A stretch of 64,000 nucleotides of DNA from a bacterium (lineage in GTDB: Bacteria; Patescibacteriota; Dojkabacteria; B142; OLB20). Shown in pieces: positions 9,745 through 20,444 of the stretch. A program made the translations under genes and the position numbers. How positions within the stretch are numbered: the stretch's first letter is position 1; each line of letters starts with the position of its first letter. The notes under the pieces are model-generated. The model did not search any database and was not told where the DNA came from. It worked only from the letters and a program-made list of their open reading frames with translations. The DNA is taken from assembly GCA_021463645.1 (NCBI GenBank), contig JAJTYI010000006.1:117692-181691 (forward strand), read 5' to 3'.

Positions 9745-10893
9745 ATGCTTGTTAAACCTCAATCAACCAGTTTTGCGAAAATAAAAGTAGTAGGAGTTGG
9801 TGGTGCTGGCGGAAACGCCATTAACAATATGATCAAAAATCACGAAATTGAAGGAGTTGAATTCATTGCTGTAAATACAGACGCACAGGTACTCGCAAGC
9901 AACAGCGCAGAGATTAAATTGCGAATCGGAGAAGAGATTACAAGAGGCTTAGGAAGTGGAGGAAACCCTCAAATTGGGAGAAAAGCTGCTGAAGAGTCAG
10001 TCGATTTACTACACGAACATTTAGCTGGTGCTGATATGGTTTTCATTACTGCTGGTATGGGTGGTGGAACCGGAACTGGTGCCTCTCCTGTTATCGCTGG
10101 AATCGCAAAAAATCTAGGTGCGCTAACAATTGGAATCGTAGAGAAACCCTTCAATTTTGAAGGTCGCAGAAGGATGGAGACCGCAATCCAAGGTATTGCA
10201 GAAATCAAAGACAAAGTCGACACACTAATCGTCGTTCCCAATCAAAGATTGCTCGATGTTATAGAGAGAAATATCTCATTCATGGAAGCAATGAAAAAAG
10301 TAGATGACGTTCTTGCAATGGCAGTCAAAAGCATCTCCGAGCTTATCACACAAGGTGGAATGATCAATGTAGACTTTGCGGATATTAAATCAATTATGTT
10401 AAATGCAGGCACAGCATTGATGGGAATGGGTGTTGCTAGTGGTGAGGATAGAGCCAAAGAAGCCGCTAAAATGGCCATGGAGAGCCCCCTACTCGAAGCT
10501 TCGATAGAAGGTGCCACTGGAGTACTCTTTAACATTTTCGGAGGCGATGACCTAGCAATGTACGAGATTGATGAAATTGCGAGAACTATCTCAGAAGTGG
10601 TTCACCCAGATGCAAACATCTTCTTTGGGGCAAATGTTGATCCGTCTATGGACGAACAGTTACAAGTGACTGTCTTGGCTACTGGATTTGATACCAACAA
10701 TCAAGGTATTCCTGTACCCGCCGCACAACCCAAACCAGTCCAGGAAACTCCACGTAGTCCAGTTAATCCTATTAGAACACAACCTACAAAACCATCTAAA
10801 CCAATTTTTGGTGACGATGACGATGATGATGACTACGATATGGATAGTTTAGAGTCAACTCCTTCATATATGAGGAGGAAGAAAGAGTATTAA
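9745..10893 (+). CDS. ftsZ: Cell division protein FtsZ
   Basis: VGVGGAGGNA, GMGGGTGTG, INVDFAD; ATG 9745 preferred to the upstream TTG. Confidence 0.98.
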   Translation: MLVKPQSTSFAKIKVVGVGGAGGNAINNMIKNHEIEGVEFIAVNTDAQVLASNSAEIKLRIGEEITRGLGSGGNPQIGRKAAEESVDLLHEHLAGADMVFITAGMGGGTGTGASPVIAGIAKNLGALTIGIVEKPFNFEGRRRMETAIQGIAEIKDKVDTLIVVPNQRLLDVIERNISFMEAMKKVDDVLAMAVKSISELITQGGMINVDFADIKSIMLNAGTALMGMGVASGEDRAKEAAKMAMESPLLEASIEGATGVLFNIFGGDDLAMYEIDEIARTISEVVHPDANIFFGANVDPSMDEQLQVTVLATGFDTNNQGIPVPAAQPKPVQETPRSPVNPIRTQPTKPSKPIFGDDDDDDDYDMDSLESTPSYMRRKKEY

Positions 10894-11753
10894 ACAGGAT
10901 TCGCAACCACAACAAATCTATTGGCACTATTACCATCAGGGTAACACGTGAAAAGTGTGAGTGTGTCTTTGCCGATTTCTCCTGTAACTATTGAAACGTC
11001 ATGAGGTTGTACGATTTTGCTCTTCGCTACTCGATATTTGTATTCCTTCCCTTCCATTTTGACAATTACCTCATCACCTATTTTTACGTTTTTTAATTCC
11101 GAGAAGGATGCCGTTGGATCTTTTGTTCTTTCGTAATAATTTCCAGAAGCGCTATGACCATATATCACAGTATTATTTTTCATATCCGAGATTGGTAAGC
11201 CAGTACCATTAAAATGTGCTAAACCACCTTCTAAGTAACTGTCATAAATTTCTTCTACTCCACTTTCGACATTTGCTATTACTCGAACGTCTTTAATGCC
11301 AAGTGACGGAATTGATAATTGGAATTTACCTTTGTATTCATTACTAACTGGATCAGCTAAAAGTTGATTCGTTGCATAGGCTTCGTCTTTTAGCTCTTTA
11401 AAGTATTCAGCTCCAGGGTTTGAAATGTACTCTGCTCTTGATACGTAGTTTTCCGAAGCAAGAGCAATATTTGTTGTATCGTAATAATCAACTTTTAGTT
11501 TTAGATATTCTTTAAAATCAGGGAAGAATTGTTGATAAATCATTGTGAATCCCGCCACAATCAGAAAAACAGGAATCAATGCTCCAATAAATTTTGAGTT
11601 AATCAGGAATTCTTGAGTATTACCAACTACAGAAAAAACAACATCTCCAAGAGTAGTTTTCTTCTTTGGGAAATTATCATAATAATAGATGTTCGCCGAG
11701 GCAACGGTGCCTACAGAGCGTACGGGGGCTTTAACGTACGAATACAGAGCCAT
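10890..11753 (-). CDS. Sortase
   Basis: IYGH, TLTLFTCYP, downstream Arg (ANRFVV): His-Cys-Arg triad; N-terminal TM. Confidence 0.92.
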   Translation of the reverse strand: MALYSYVKAPVRSVGTVASANIYYYDNFPKKKTTLGDVVFSVVGNTQEFLINSKFIGALIPVFLIVAGFTMIYQQFFPDFKEYLKLKVDYYDTTNIALASENYVSRAEYISNPGAEYFKELKDEAYATNQLLADPVSNEYKGKFQLSIPSLGIKDVRVIANVESGVEEIYDSYLEGGLAHFNGTGLPISDMKNNTVIYGHSASGNYYERTKDPTASFSELKNVKIGDEVIVKMEGKEYKYRVAKSKIVQPHDVSIVTGEIGKDTLTLFTCYPDGNSANRFVVVANPV

Positions 11754-11910
11754 ATTCAGTAAAAAATAGTTAGTGCAAATAGTTACCTAACGAAGAGTGC
11801 AAGTCCGCATTAGGTCGTAAAAATATAATACAATTTCCGTAAACAAATCTCAACAGATAAATGCATTTTATGATAGAATGGTAACAGTTTGTAACTCATA
11901 ATCATCTTCT

Positions 11911-13017
11911 ATGGCTATTAATCAAAAAATCAAAAAAGACGTTAAAGCTCTCGTCGTCAAAGGTAAAGAGCAAGGATATCTCACCCAAGATGAGGTTTTG
12001 GATGCTTTCCCTGACGTCGAAGAAGATATGAACCTCTTAGAATACATTATCTCTACCCTTCAGGAGGAAGAAGTAGAAATAATTGAACCTCTAGCAGACC
12101 TTCCCGAAGAAATCGTGACCATTGTTCCAAGTGCAAAAGGAATGACTTTCGAACAAAAAATTAAAATCCTAAAGAAGATTCGATCCCATGTTACGACTGA
12201 TCCTATCAGAGCATATCTGCACGAAATTGGAAGAATTCCTCTATTAAATGCAGAAGAAGAAGTTATATTAGCCAAGAGGATTGAGAAGGGTGATCAAGAA
12301 GCAAAAGATTTATTAACAACTGCCAATCTTCGTTTAGTTGTATCCATTGCGAAGAAATATGCAAAAAGAGGTTTGGACTTACTAGATTTAATCCAGGAAG
12401 GAAATATTGGTTTGATAAGAGCAGTAGAGAAATTCGAATACAGAAAAGGTTTCAAATTCTCTACATATGCAACTTGGTGGATTAGACAGGCTATTACCAG
12501 AGCGATTGCAGACCAAGCTCGTACTATCCGAGTCCCTGTTCATATGATTGAAACAATCAATAAATTAAGTAAGGTATCAAGTCAACTAGCAGCCAAACTT
12601 GGACGCAGACCAACTATCAAAGAAATCGCTGACGAAATGGACATCGATGTTGCAAAGGTAAATGAAATCATCCGAATCGCACAAAGACCTGCTTCCCTTG
12701 AGTCACCTATTGGAGAAGAAAAAGACTCTAAATTGGGTGATATTATCCCTGATGAGTTTTCTGCTTCCCCTACTGAAATTGCAACATGGGCATCATTGAA
12801 AAAACAAATCAATGAAATCCTTAGCGGATTAACAGATAGAGAAAGAAAAGTTCTAGAACTTAGATTTGGTTTAAAAGACGGAGTTTCAAGAACTCTTGAA
12901 GAAGTCGGCCACGAGTTCAAAGTTACAAGAGAACGTATCAGGCAAATAGAGGCTAAAGCATTAAAAAGACTTAAAAGTGAAGAAATCGCACAAGCCCTCA
13001 AAGACTATCTCAGATAA
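11911..13017 (+). CDS. rpoD: RNA polymerase primary sigma factor
   Basis: Region 1.1, [47 protein letters not shown]. Confidence 0.97.
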   Translation: MAINQKIKKDVKALVVKGKEQGYLTQDEVLDAFPDVEEDMNLLEYIISTLQEEEVEIIEPLADLPEEIVTIVPSAKGMTFEQKIKILKKIRSHVTTDPIRAYLHEIGRIPLLNAEEEVILAKRIEKGDQEAKDLLTTANLRLVVSIAKKYAKRGLDLLDLIQEGNIGLIRAVEKFEYRKGFKFSTYATWWIRQAITRAIADQARTIRVPVHMIETINKLSKVSSQLAAKLGRRPTIKEIADEMDIDVAKVNEIIRIAQRPASLESPIGEEKDSKLGDIIPDEFSASPTEIATWASLKKQINEILSGLTDRERKVLELRFGLKDGVSRTLEEVGHEFKVTRERIRQIEAKALKRLKSEEIAQALKDYLR

Positions 13018-13582
13018 CAGCAACTCTGATATAAAACTCTTCAAAAAAAGATTACGTCAATCCTTGATGAATAAGCGCATAGTTACTATTGGCAAGCAAA
13101 GTAAATCAGAATCAATAGTAACCAAACTTCTCCAAACACAAGAATTAATTTCCGCTAAATCAATACTGTTGTACTCCCCTATAGATGGTGAAGTCGATAT
13201 TTCAAAAATATTTTCAATTTTACAAAATCAAAGAAAGAATATTTTTCTTCCTAAGGTTGCAGACTTAAAAGTCGCAAAGTTTATTTTCGGAACTTCTTTA
13301 ATAAGAGGTAAAAACGGGGTATTTGAACCAGCGGAAAGAATTAGTATGAATCCAAAACAACTAGACATTGCTATCATTCCTGGATTAGGTTTCGATCGTC
13401 AAGGCAATAGAATTGGACATGGAGGTGGATGGTACGACAGGATAATAGATGAGATTAATTTCAAATACATCATTGGAGTATGTTTTGACTCTCAACTACT
13501 TTTAAAGGTCCCTCAAGAACCCCATGATAAATCAGTTCATATGGTCATCACCGAAAAAGAGATTATTAATACGAGATATTAG
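12977..13582 (+). CDS. 5-formyltetrahydrofolate cyclo-ligase (start uncertain)
   Basis: [27 protein letters not shown] motifs. Confidence 0.92.
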   Translation: MKKSHKPSKTISDNSNSDIKLFKKRLRQSLMNKRIVTIGKQSKSESIVTKLLQTQELISAKSILLYSPIDGEVDISKIFSILQNQRKNIFLPKVADLKVAKFIFGTSLIRGKNGVFEPAERISMNPKQLDIAIIPGLGFDRQGNRIGHGGGWYDRIIDEINFKYIIGVCFDSQLLLKVPQEPHDKSVHMVITEKEIINTRY

Positions 13583-13642
13583 TGTGTTTTACTTATTTTT
13601 TTCTCGAGAACTGGTTATAATAAAATATATTTGTACCCGTTG

Positions 13643-14986
13643 ATGAGGAAATTATTTAACGCACTAGTGATTGTGATTTTATTATCACAATCTGCACTGA
13701 CTGCAAACGCACAGGAAATCGAACCTTCCGCCACACCTGTCCCACAAGAGATAATTAATAAAGTGGTTAAGACTACTCCAGCAGACATACTTGTCTCGGG
13801 AGTTAATAAATCAAACCAGCTTTCAGGAGAAATCGTCGCAGACTTTACAGAAATCCCTCCTAGTGCAGAAGTTCTTGACATTGATTTAATTTTCAATCAG
13901 GTCGGGACAAGTGAAGGCATTATTAAATTATTAAATAAGAGATCCTTTAGCATAATCGATAGCATTTCCTTGGGGAGAGAAGGTATCAAAACAACAACCC
14001 GTGTGGACACAACTGTAAAAGAGTGGATAACTAACCCAGAGAAGAATTTCGGGCTTGTATTTCAGACTAGTGAACTAGGAAATGATAGTGAAATCACCTT
14101 TAGTGATATCACATTCAACGTTGAGTACTATCTTCCTGATAGAACCAACCCAGAAATTACAAAACTAGACATAAAAATCGTTGATGCATTTACTACTCAA
14201 ATTCAATGGGAAACCAACGAACCTGTAACCGTGAATGTAAAATACGGAAAGACATCGAATTATGATAAGGATGTTGCTGGTGAAATAGAGTTTGCAGATT
14301 CTGGGGTGGTGAGGTTGACAGATTTGAGTGAAAACATCACCTACCATATGAAGTTCTTCGCAAAAGACTCGAGCGGAAATACCACAGAAACAGCAAACAC
14401 TGTATTTACTACAAACAAGGGGACAACTACAAATGCCATCACCGAGGATCAAGCTGTTCTCGCACCCAGATTACTAAATTACGAAATAGTTCCAGAAAAA
14501 AGCCATTACAATGTTGAACTAGCATGGTCAAAAAGTGAATCTACCAACATCACTGGTTATGTATTATTTCGAAACACTGGAGACGGAGAATACTCTGAGT
14601 ATTCGCGATTCGATAGTGCCGTTACTAGGTATACAGATACAAAGGCAGAATCGAACACAACTTACAGCTATTACGTTATCGCGTATTCTGGTACCGTCCA
14701 ATCAAGTCGTTCTCCAGTAGTACAGGTAAAAATCCCTGAGAGTTCGAATGTATTGGGAATTGATAGTATGTTTGAAAGAGGGAATTCAAATTTAGCAATC
14801 TTCTTTATATTGTCTGGATTCGCAATATTATTAGGAGTTAGCTACTTTGTCTGGAAAAAAGTCCGCCTCAACATGGCTTATAATGAGAAAATCAACCGCC
14901 ACTCTAGATTACACAATGTACTTCACGACCCTGATTATTACATTAATGGGTATGAAGATTCTGTTATCGAAAAAGTAAGTGACTAG
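13643..14986 (+). CDS. Secreted fibronectin-III-like repeat surface protein with C-terminal TM
   Basis: Signal peptide; WETNEP..YG..LSENITYH and W...YTD....NTTYSYYV FN3 patterns; C-terminal TM followed by KK. Confidence 0.75.
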   Translation: MRKLFNALVIVILLSQSALTANAQEIEPSATPVPQEIINKVVKTTPADILVSGVNKSNQLSGEIVADFTEIPPSAEVLDIDLIFNQVGTSEGIIKLLNKRSFSIIDSISLGREGIKTTTRVDTTVKEWITNPEKNFGLVFQTSELGNDSEITFSDITFNVEYYLPDRTNPEITKLDIKIVDAFTTQIQWETNEPVTVNVKYGKTSNYDKDVAGEIEFADSGVVRLTDLSENITYHMKFFAKDSSGNTTETANTVFTTNKGTTTNAITEDQAVLAPRLLNYEIVPEKSHYNVELAWSKSESTNITGYVLFRNTGDGEYSEYSRFDSAVTRYTDTKAESNTTYSYYVIAYSGTVQSSRSPVVQVKIPESSNVLGIDSMFERGNSNLAIFFILSGFAILLGVSYFVWKKVRLNMAYNEKINRHSRLHNVLHDPDYYINGYEDSVIEKVSD

Positions 14987-15054
14987 TTGCGATGAACTTT
15001 GGGCTTTGATATACGCCCAATCTATGGTAAAATTCCTTTGTTGTTTAGAAAATT

Positions 15055-15237
15055 ATGAAAAGAACTTATCAACCAAGCAAAATCAAAAGAATCAGAAAGT
15101 TCGGATTTCGAGCTAGAATGGCTACCAAAGGTGGTCAGAATGTCTTGAAAAGCCGCAGAGCCAAAGGGAGACACTCACTTACCGCTTCAAACGAAATTAT
15201 TGCAGACAAAACAAAACGTTTTTCACGCAGTAGATAA
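15055..15237 (+). CDS. rpmH: 50S ribosomal protein L34 (C-terminally extended)
   Basis: [22 protein letters not shown]. Confidence 0.96.
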   Translation: MKRTYQPSKIKRIRKFGFRARMATKGGQNVLKSRRAKGRHSLTASNEIIADKTKRFSRSR

Positions 15238-15241
15238 TTAA

Positions 15242-15589
15242 ATGCTCAAGCAACTCCAAAGAGTCCGACTAGAATCTGACTACAAATATATCCTAAATCG
15301 TGGGAAGAAATCTTATTCTCAATTTTTCTTGTTATCTAAAGCCTATCAGAGGGATACATCTCTAATGTCGAGTAGGTTTGGTTTTATCACGAGTAAGAAA
15401 GTCGGTAAAGCCCACATCAGAAACAAGCTCAGACGTCAATTCCGAGAGATAATTAGAAATGAAATTGAAAATATCAAACCAGGTTTCGATATAGTCATCG
15501 TCGTCTCGCCAAAGGCAGTTGGTGCGACATTTTCAGAAATACAAAAAGAGCTGTTAAAACAGCTCCGTTTGAATGATTTGTTGGAATAA
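15242..15589 (+). CDS. rnpA: RNase P protein component
   Basis: RFGFITSKKVGKAHIRNKLRR. Confidence 0.95.
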   Translation: MLKQLQRVRLESDYKYILNRGKKSYSQFFLLSKAYQRDTSLMSSRFGFITSKKVGKAHIRNKLRRQFREIIRNEIENIKPGFDIVIVVSPKAVGATFSEIQKELLKQLRLNDLLE

Positions 15590-15592
15590 TCC

Positions 15593-16063
15593 TTACCAAG
15601 TTAAATGACCGAATGCTTTGTTTGCTTCTGCCATCTTGTGTGTATCTTCTCTCTTCTTGTATGCATTACCTTGTCTGTTAATCGCTGATAACGATTCATT
15701 GTATAATGCTTCTGCGATTGGTTTTGAGCCTCTAGTATCTCTGGCTGCACCAACCAACCATCTCAATGCAAGATCAACTTGTCTTTTCTCTGAAACTGGA
15801 ACTGGAACTTGATAGTTAGCTCCTCCGACCCTTCTGGATCTAACCTCAACCTTTGGTTTCAGGTTCTCCATAACTTTGTCAAAAGCGGCCTTTGGTTCTA
15901 ATTTGGTCTCTTTAGAAAGTTTATCTAACATTTCATAGACGATTTTTCTAGAGACGTCTTTTTTGCCATCAACCATCACATAGTTAATCAATTTCCCGAA
16001 GACTTCACTACCGTAAACAGCATCAGGGGCAATTTTTCTAACTCTTATACTTTTTCCTCTCAT
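15593..16063 (-). CDS. rpsG: 30S ribosomal protein S7
   Basis: VEVRSRRVGGANYQVP, HKMAEANKAF. Confidence 0.98.
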   Translation of the reverse strand: MRGKSIRVRKIAPDAVYGSEVFGKLINYVMVDGKKDVSRKIVYEMLDKLSKETKLEPKAAFDKVMENLKPKVEVRSRRVGGANYQVPVPVSEKRQVDLALRWLVGAARDTRGSKPIAEALYNESLSAINRQGNAYKKREDTHKMAEANKAFGHLTW

Positions 16064-16080
16064 TTTATAAATTCAATAAA

Positions 16081-16524
16081 TTATTTAGGTTTTTTAGCAC
16101 CATATAATGACCTTGATGTTTTGCGTCCTTCTACACCAGCAGCATCATATCGACCACGGACTATCTGATATTTAACACCAGGTAAGTCAGGTCTTCTCCC
16201 AGCTCTTACAAGCACTACAGAGTGCTCCTGAAGGTTGTGTCCTTCTCCTGGAATGTATGCTGTGATTTCCTGTTTATTGGAAAGTCTGACTCTAGCGACT
16301 TTACGCAATGCAGAGTTAGGTTTTCTAGGTGTTCTAGTGAACACAGCAATACATACTCCTCTTCGAAGTGGATTTGATCGTTTTGTAAATTTGTTTTGAA
16401 TGCTGTTGTAGTTGAACTGCAACTGCTTGTATTTAGTTGTTTCGCTGAAATTTAGACCTTTGTAGCGAACCGTACCTCGCTTCTTTGATCTTCCTTTTCT
16501 AACTAATTGTGATACTCTTGCCAT
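16081..16524 (-). CDS. rpsL: 30S ribosomal protein S12
   Basis: [33 protein letters not shown]. Confidence 0.98.
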   Translation of the reverse strand: MARVSQLVRKGRSKKRGTVRYKGLNFSETTKYKQLQFNYNSIQNKFTKRSNPLRRGVCIAVFTRTPRKPNSALRKVARVRLSNKQEITAYIPGEGHNLQEHSVVLVRAGRRPDLPGVKYQIVRGRYDAAGVEGRKTSRSLYGAKKPK

Positions 16525-16558
16525 AATTAAATTTACTTTTTTAAATTATTCAAAATTA

Positions 16559-19500
16559 TTAACGGACTTCGTCTCCTAATGGAACAGTCCTGCCGATTAT
16601 AACATTTTCTTTCAATCCTCTCAAATAGTCGACCTTCCCAATCAAACCTGCTTCGCTTAATACCCTGACCTGTTGCTCGAATGAAGCAGCAGATAGGAAA
16701 CTATCAGTTTTGATTGCAGCGAAGGTAATTCCGAGTAATTGTCGTTTACTCTTCACTGTTCTCTTGCCTTCGTTCTTCAATTGTTCGTTTAATTGCCTCA
16801 ATTCAATATGATCAGCATAGTCACCTGGTAGATATTCGGAGTCACCTGCATCAGTCACTCTTGAGAATCGTGATACTTGTCTAACAACTACCTCAACATG
16901 CTTATCATCGATACCGATACCTTGAATACCATATGTCTCTTGAACATTGTCTATAAGGTATTGCTGAGCTTGTTTGATATCGTCAATCTTCATAATCTCT
17001 TTAGGATCTTGAGATCCACTTGTAAGAGGTGTGCCTTTGATGACATTATCTCCGTCTTCTACGTTTATGATTGCATCTTCGTCTACTTCGTATTCGACTA
17101 CAAATTCTTTGTCGATGATGTAGATAATCTTATTGTCATCTTTTGTAGCCTTACCTTCCATTTCTGCATTTACTTTTTCGCCATCTTTTTTAACATAGAT
17201 GACTTCACCTTCTTTGAATTTCTTAGTTCTTTTCATCTCGGTAGTATCGCCTTCCTCTAGTTCATACACCTTTTGCATTTGTTTTCGGTTTGAAAGTCGG
17301 ATTTTGTCTACTTTTTCGGTTTTATCCTTGAAAATAAACTCTACTTTTCCGTCAATCTCGGCAAGAACTGCTTTTCTCTTTGGAGTTCTAACCTCGAATA
17401 GCTCTTCTACTCTAGGAAGACCTTGAGTGATGTCAGTACCCGCTCTACCTGCAAGATGCTTTGTATTTAGAGTAAGCTGTGTTGCAGCCTCTCCCATGGA
17501 CTGAGCAGCGATGATACCGACGGCTATACCAATGTTAACAACTTTTCTTGTACCAAGATCATAGCCGTAACATTTCTGGCAAACTCCGTGTTTAGTTTCG
17601 CAAGTCAGTACTGATCGTACTTCCACTTGTTTCAGGTCAGTCTTAGCAATTAGTTCAGCCTTTTTCTGTGTAATTTCTTCATCTTTTTTAGCAATAATTT
17701 CACCGGTTTTTGGATCTGCGATATTTTCTCCAGCAAACCGTCCGGTAATTCTCTCGTCAAAACTCAATCTTCGAGTGTTATCTCGAACAATGGTGAAGCT
17801 ATTTTGAGTACCGCAGTCTTCTTCTTTGATAATCACGTCTTGCGCAACGTCAACCAACCTTCTGGTCAAGTATCCTGATTCTGCTGTTCTAAGAGCAGTA
17901 TCAGCAAGACCTTTTCTAGTTCCTCTAGCTGCCACAAAATATTCTAAGTTTGATAAACCTTGCTTGTAGTTTGATCTAAGTGGCAATTCGACAATATTAC
18001 CTAGAGGATCTAGAATCAAACCTCTAATTCCAGAAATCTGTCGTAGTGGGTTTTGTACTGGAAGAGCTCCAGATTCTTGAAGAATCACCAAGTTGTTATT
18101 TGGATCTTCTGCATATTTTGCCCATGTAATCTCTGCTACCTTCTCTACCAAATCCATCCACAATTGTTCTGAAAGCCGTCTCTTTTCCTGTAGTGTCAAA
18201 AGACCAAGGTTATAATCATTATTTAGTTGATTATCTTTGTCTTCAACCTCATTTAGAAGCACGTCTTTTTGATCATCAATAACTAGCTCGTCCGTTCCAA
18301 CTGAAACTCCAGATTTGGTAGCGTATTTGAATCCTAAACCTTCGATTGAGTCCAATACTTGAGTAGCTGTTTTTCTGCCGTATTTTTCTAATACTTTTGC
18401 AGAAATCTTTGCTACGTCTTTTTTGTTTAATTGTTGATTAACATATCCATAACCTTCTGGAAGAATATCATTTAGCAATAGTCTTCCAACTGTTGTTTCT
18501 ATTATTTCATTACCTATCAACACTTTGATTTTGTCTCTTAAGTGTAGTTGGCCATTCTCATATTTACCAACAGCTTCGTTCTCAGAAGCGAAATATTTCA
18601 CTTCTTTATTGTCGTTTACGCCAGTTAAGTAGTAGATTCCCAATGCCATATCTTTTTCTACGTTTACAACTGGTTGACCATCAGCGCTAAGTAGCAAGTT
18701 ACTTTCTGCAAACATTTTATCTATTGCTTCTTCTATTGCCTTCTTTGACAATGGAACATGAACTGCCATTTGATCTCCATCAAAGTCAGCATTGAATCCT
18801 TTACATACCATAGGGTGTAGCCTGATTGCATCACCTTCGGTAAGGACTGGGAAGAATGCCTGAATACCTTGTTTATGAAGAGTAGGAGCTCTGTTCAATA
18901 GAACTGGTCTGTTTTGAATAACTCTTTCCAAAATATCCCATACCTCAGTACTCTTTGATTCAAAGAAATGTTTAGCACTTTTGATATTTGGAGCAAGTCC
19001 ATCTGCAATAATTTCTCTCAAAACGAATGGTTTGAATAATTCCAAAGCCATTGTTTTTGGAAGTCCACATTGACTGATTTTCAAGTCTGGTCCAGGAATA
19101 ATAACGGATCTACCTGAGTAGTCTACACGTTTTCCAAGTAAGTTTTGTCTGAATCGACCTTGTTTACCTCTCAACATATCTGAGAGTGATTTGTAAGGTT
19201 GACCCCTTGAGTTTAATACAGCATTACCAGGTCGATGATCGTTATCTACCAAGGCATCAACTGATTCTTGAAGCATTCTTTTCTCATTTCTAAGAATGAT
19301 TTCAGGTGCTCCTAAATCAATAAGTCTTTTCAACCTGTTATTTCTGTTTATAACTCTTCTATACAAGTCATTCAAATCCGATGTAGCAAATCGTCCTCCA
19401 GGAAGTTGGATAATTGGTCTTAAATCTGGGGGGATTACAGGTAACATAGAAACAATCAACCATGTAGAGTCGATTCCCGCTCGATACATGCCCTCTATTA

Positions 19501-20410
19501 CTCTCAACCTCTGAATTATTTTCCTCTTTTTTAATGCTGATTTTGTAGTTTCTTTTTCTTCTTCAAGCTTTTTAAGCTCGTCTTCAAGATTGATTTTCTC
19601 TAATACTTTCTTTACAGCCTCTGCACCCATTTCTACGGTCATAAAGCTTGTATCAAAGCCATACAATTTAGCTAAATCGTCTTCTGAAAGGGTTGATTTC
19701 TCTTCAAGATCTTTGATTAGGCTAGTTATTTCACTATATTTATTTTTTGTAGACTCCTCTTTCTGAGAAAAAATAGACTTCATCTTTGCTTTTTCTTTTT
19801 TGAAGTCGTTATTAATTTTCTCTAATTTGAACTCTACTTTAGATTTGTCTTTAGCTTCATCCTTTACTTCTTTTACTTTTGTATCATAATCTTTCTGCAA
19901 TTCATCAAGTTTGTCTTCTAATTCTTTCTTTATGCTTAATGTTTCTTCCTCTTTTGCTTTCTTAATCTCTTCTAGAACAGCTTTCTTAGCTTCGTGGTCA
20001 ATTTCAGTAACCAAATATCTAGCAAAGTAGATAACTGTTTCTAATTTCTTCTGAGGAATACCCAATAAAAGAGACATTTTATTTGGAACTCCGTGTGAAT
20101 ACCAAACGTGAGTTACAGGTGAAGCAAGTTTAATATGGCCCATTCTCTCTCTTCGAACTCTCTTGTGTGTGACTTCTACTCCGCATTTGTCGCAAATAAT
20201 GCCCTTGTATCGAATTTTCTTGTACTTTCCGCAATAACATTCAAAGTTTTTGGTTGGACCAAATATTTTCTCGTCCATCAAGCCATCAACTTCAGCCCTG
20301 TGTGTTCTGTAGTTAATTGTTTCGGCTTTTCGTACTTCTCCGTGAGACCAACTCATTATCTGCTGCGGTGAAGCTACTGTTATTTTGAGTGCTTTAAAAT
20401 CTTTGATCAT
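16559..20410 (-). CDS. rpoC: RNA polymerase beta' subunit
   Basis: NADFDGD, Zn-finger CYCGKY...CDKC, GKQGRFRQNLLGKRVDYS. Confidence 0.99.
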   Translation of the reverse strand: MIKDFKALKITVASPQQIMSWSHGEVRKAETINYRTHRAEVDGLMDEKIFGPTKNFECYCGKYKKIRYKGIICDKCGVEVTHKRVRRERMGHIKLASPVTHVWYSHGVPNKMSLLLGIPQKKLETVIYFARYLVTEIDHEAKKAVLEEIKKAKEEETLSIKKELEDKLDELQKDYDTKVKEVKDEAKDKSKVEFKLEKINNDFKKEKAKMKSIFSQKEESTKNKYSEITSLIKDLEEKSTLSEDDLAKLYGFDTSFMTVEMGAEAVKKVLEKINLEDELKKLEEEKETTKSALKKRKIIQRLRVIEGMYRAGIDSTWLIVSMLPVIPPDLRPIIQLPGGRFATSDLNDLYRRVINRNNRLKRLIDLGAPEIILRNEKRMLQESVDALVDNDHRPGNAVLNSRGQPYKSLSDMLRGKQGRFRQNLLGKRVDYSGRSVIIPGPDLKISQCGLPKTMALELFKPFVLREIIADGLAPNIKSAKHFFESKSTEVWDILERVIQNRPVLLNRAPTLHKQGIQAFFPVLTEGDAIRLHPMVCKGFNADFDGDQMAVHVPLSKKAIEEAIDKMFAESNLLLSADGQPVVNVEKDMALGIYYLTGVNDNKEVKYFASENEAVGKYENGQLHLRDKIKVLIGNEIIETTVGRLLLNDILPEGYGYVNQQLNKKDVAKISAKVLEKYGRKTATQVLDSIEGLGFKYATKSGVSVGTDELVIDDQKDVLLNEVEDKDNQLNNDYNLGLLTLQEKRRLSEQLWMDLVEKVAEITWAKYAEDPNNNLVILQESGALPVQNPLRQISGIRGLILDPLGNIVELPLRSNYKQGLSNLEYFVAARGTRKGLADTALRTAESGYLTRRLVDVAQDVIIKEEDCGTQNSFTIVRDNTRRLSFDERITGRFAGENIADPKTGEIIAKKDEEITQKKAELIAKTDLKQVEVRSVLTCETKHGVCQKCYGYDLGTRKVVNIGIAVGIIAAQSMGEAATQLTLNTKHLAGRAGTDITQGLPRVEELFEVRTPKRKAVLAEIDGKVEFIFKDKTEKVDKIRLSNRKQMQKVYELEEGDTTEMKRTKKFKEGEVIYVKKDGEKVNAEMEGKATKDDNKIIYIIDKEFVVEYEVDEDAIINVEDGDNVIKGTPLTSGSQDPKEIMKIDDIKQAQQYLIDNVQETYGIQGIGIDDKHVEVVVRQVSRFSRVTDAGDSEYLPGDYADHIELRQLNEQLKNEGKRTVKSKRQLLGITFAAIKTDSFLSAASFEQQVRVLSEAGLIGKVDYLRGLKENVIIGRTVPLGDEVR

Positions 20411-20444
20411 TTTTCTAATTAAGATAACTAATTAAAATATTTAA

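Noticed and set aside
12977..13066. 6S RNA upstream of the 5-formyl-THF cyclo-ligase gene (as in E. coli ssrS-ygfA)
   Set aside because: The gene abuts or overlaps rpoD, leaving no intergenic space.
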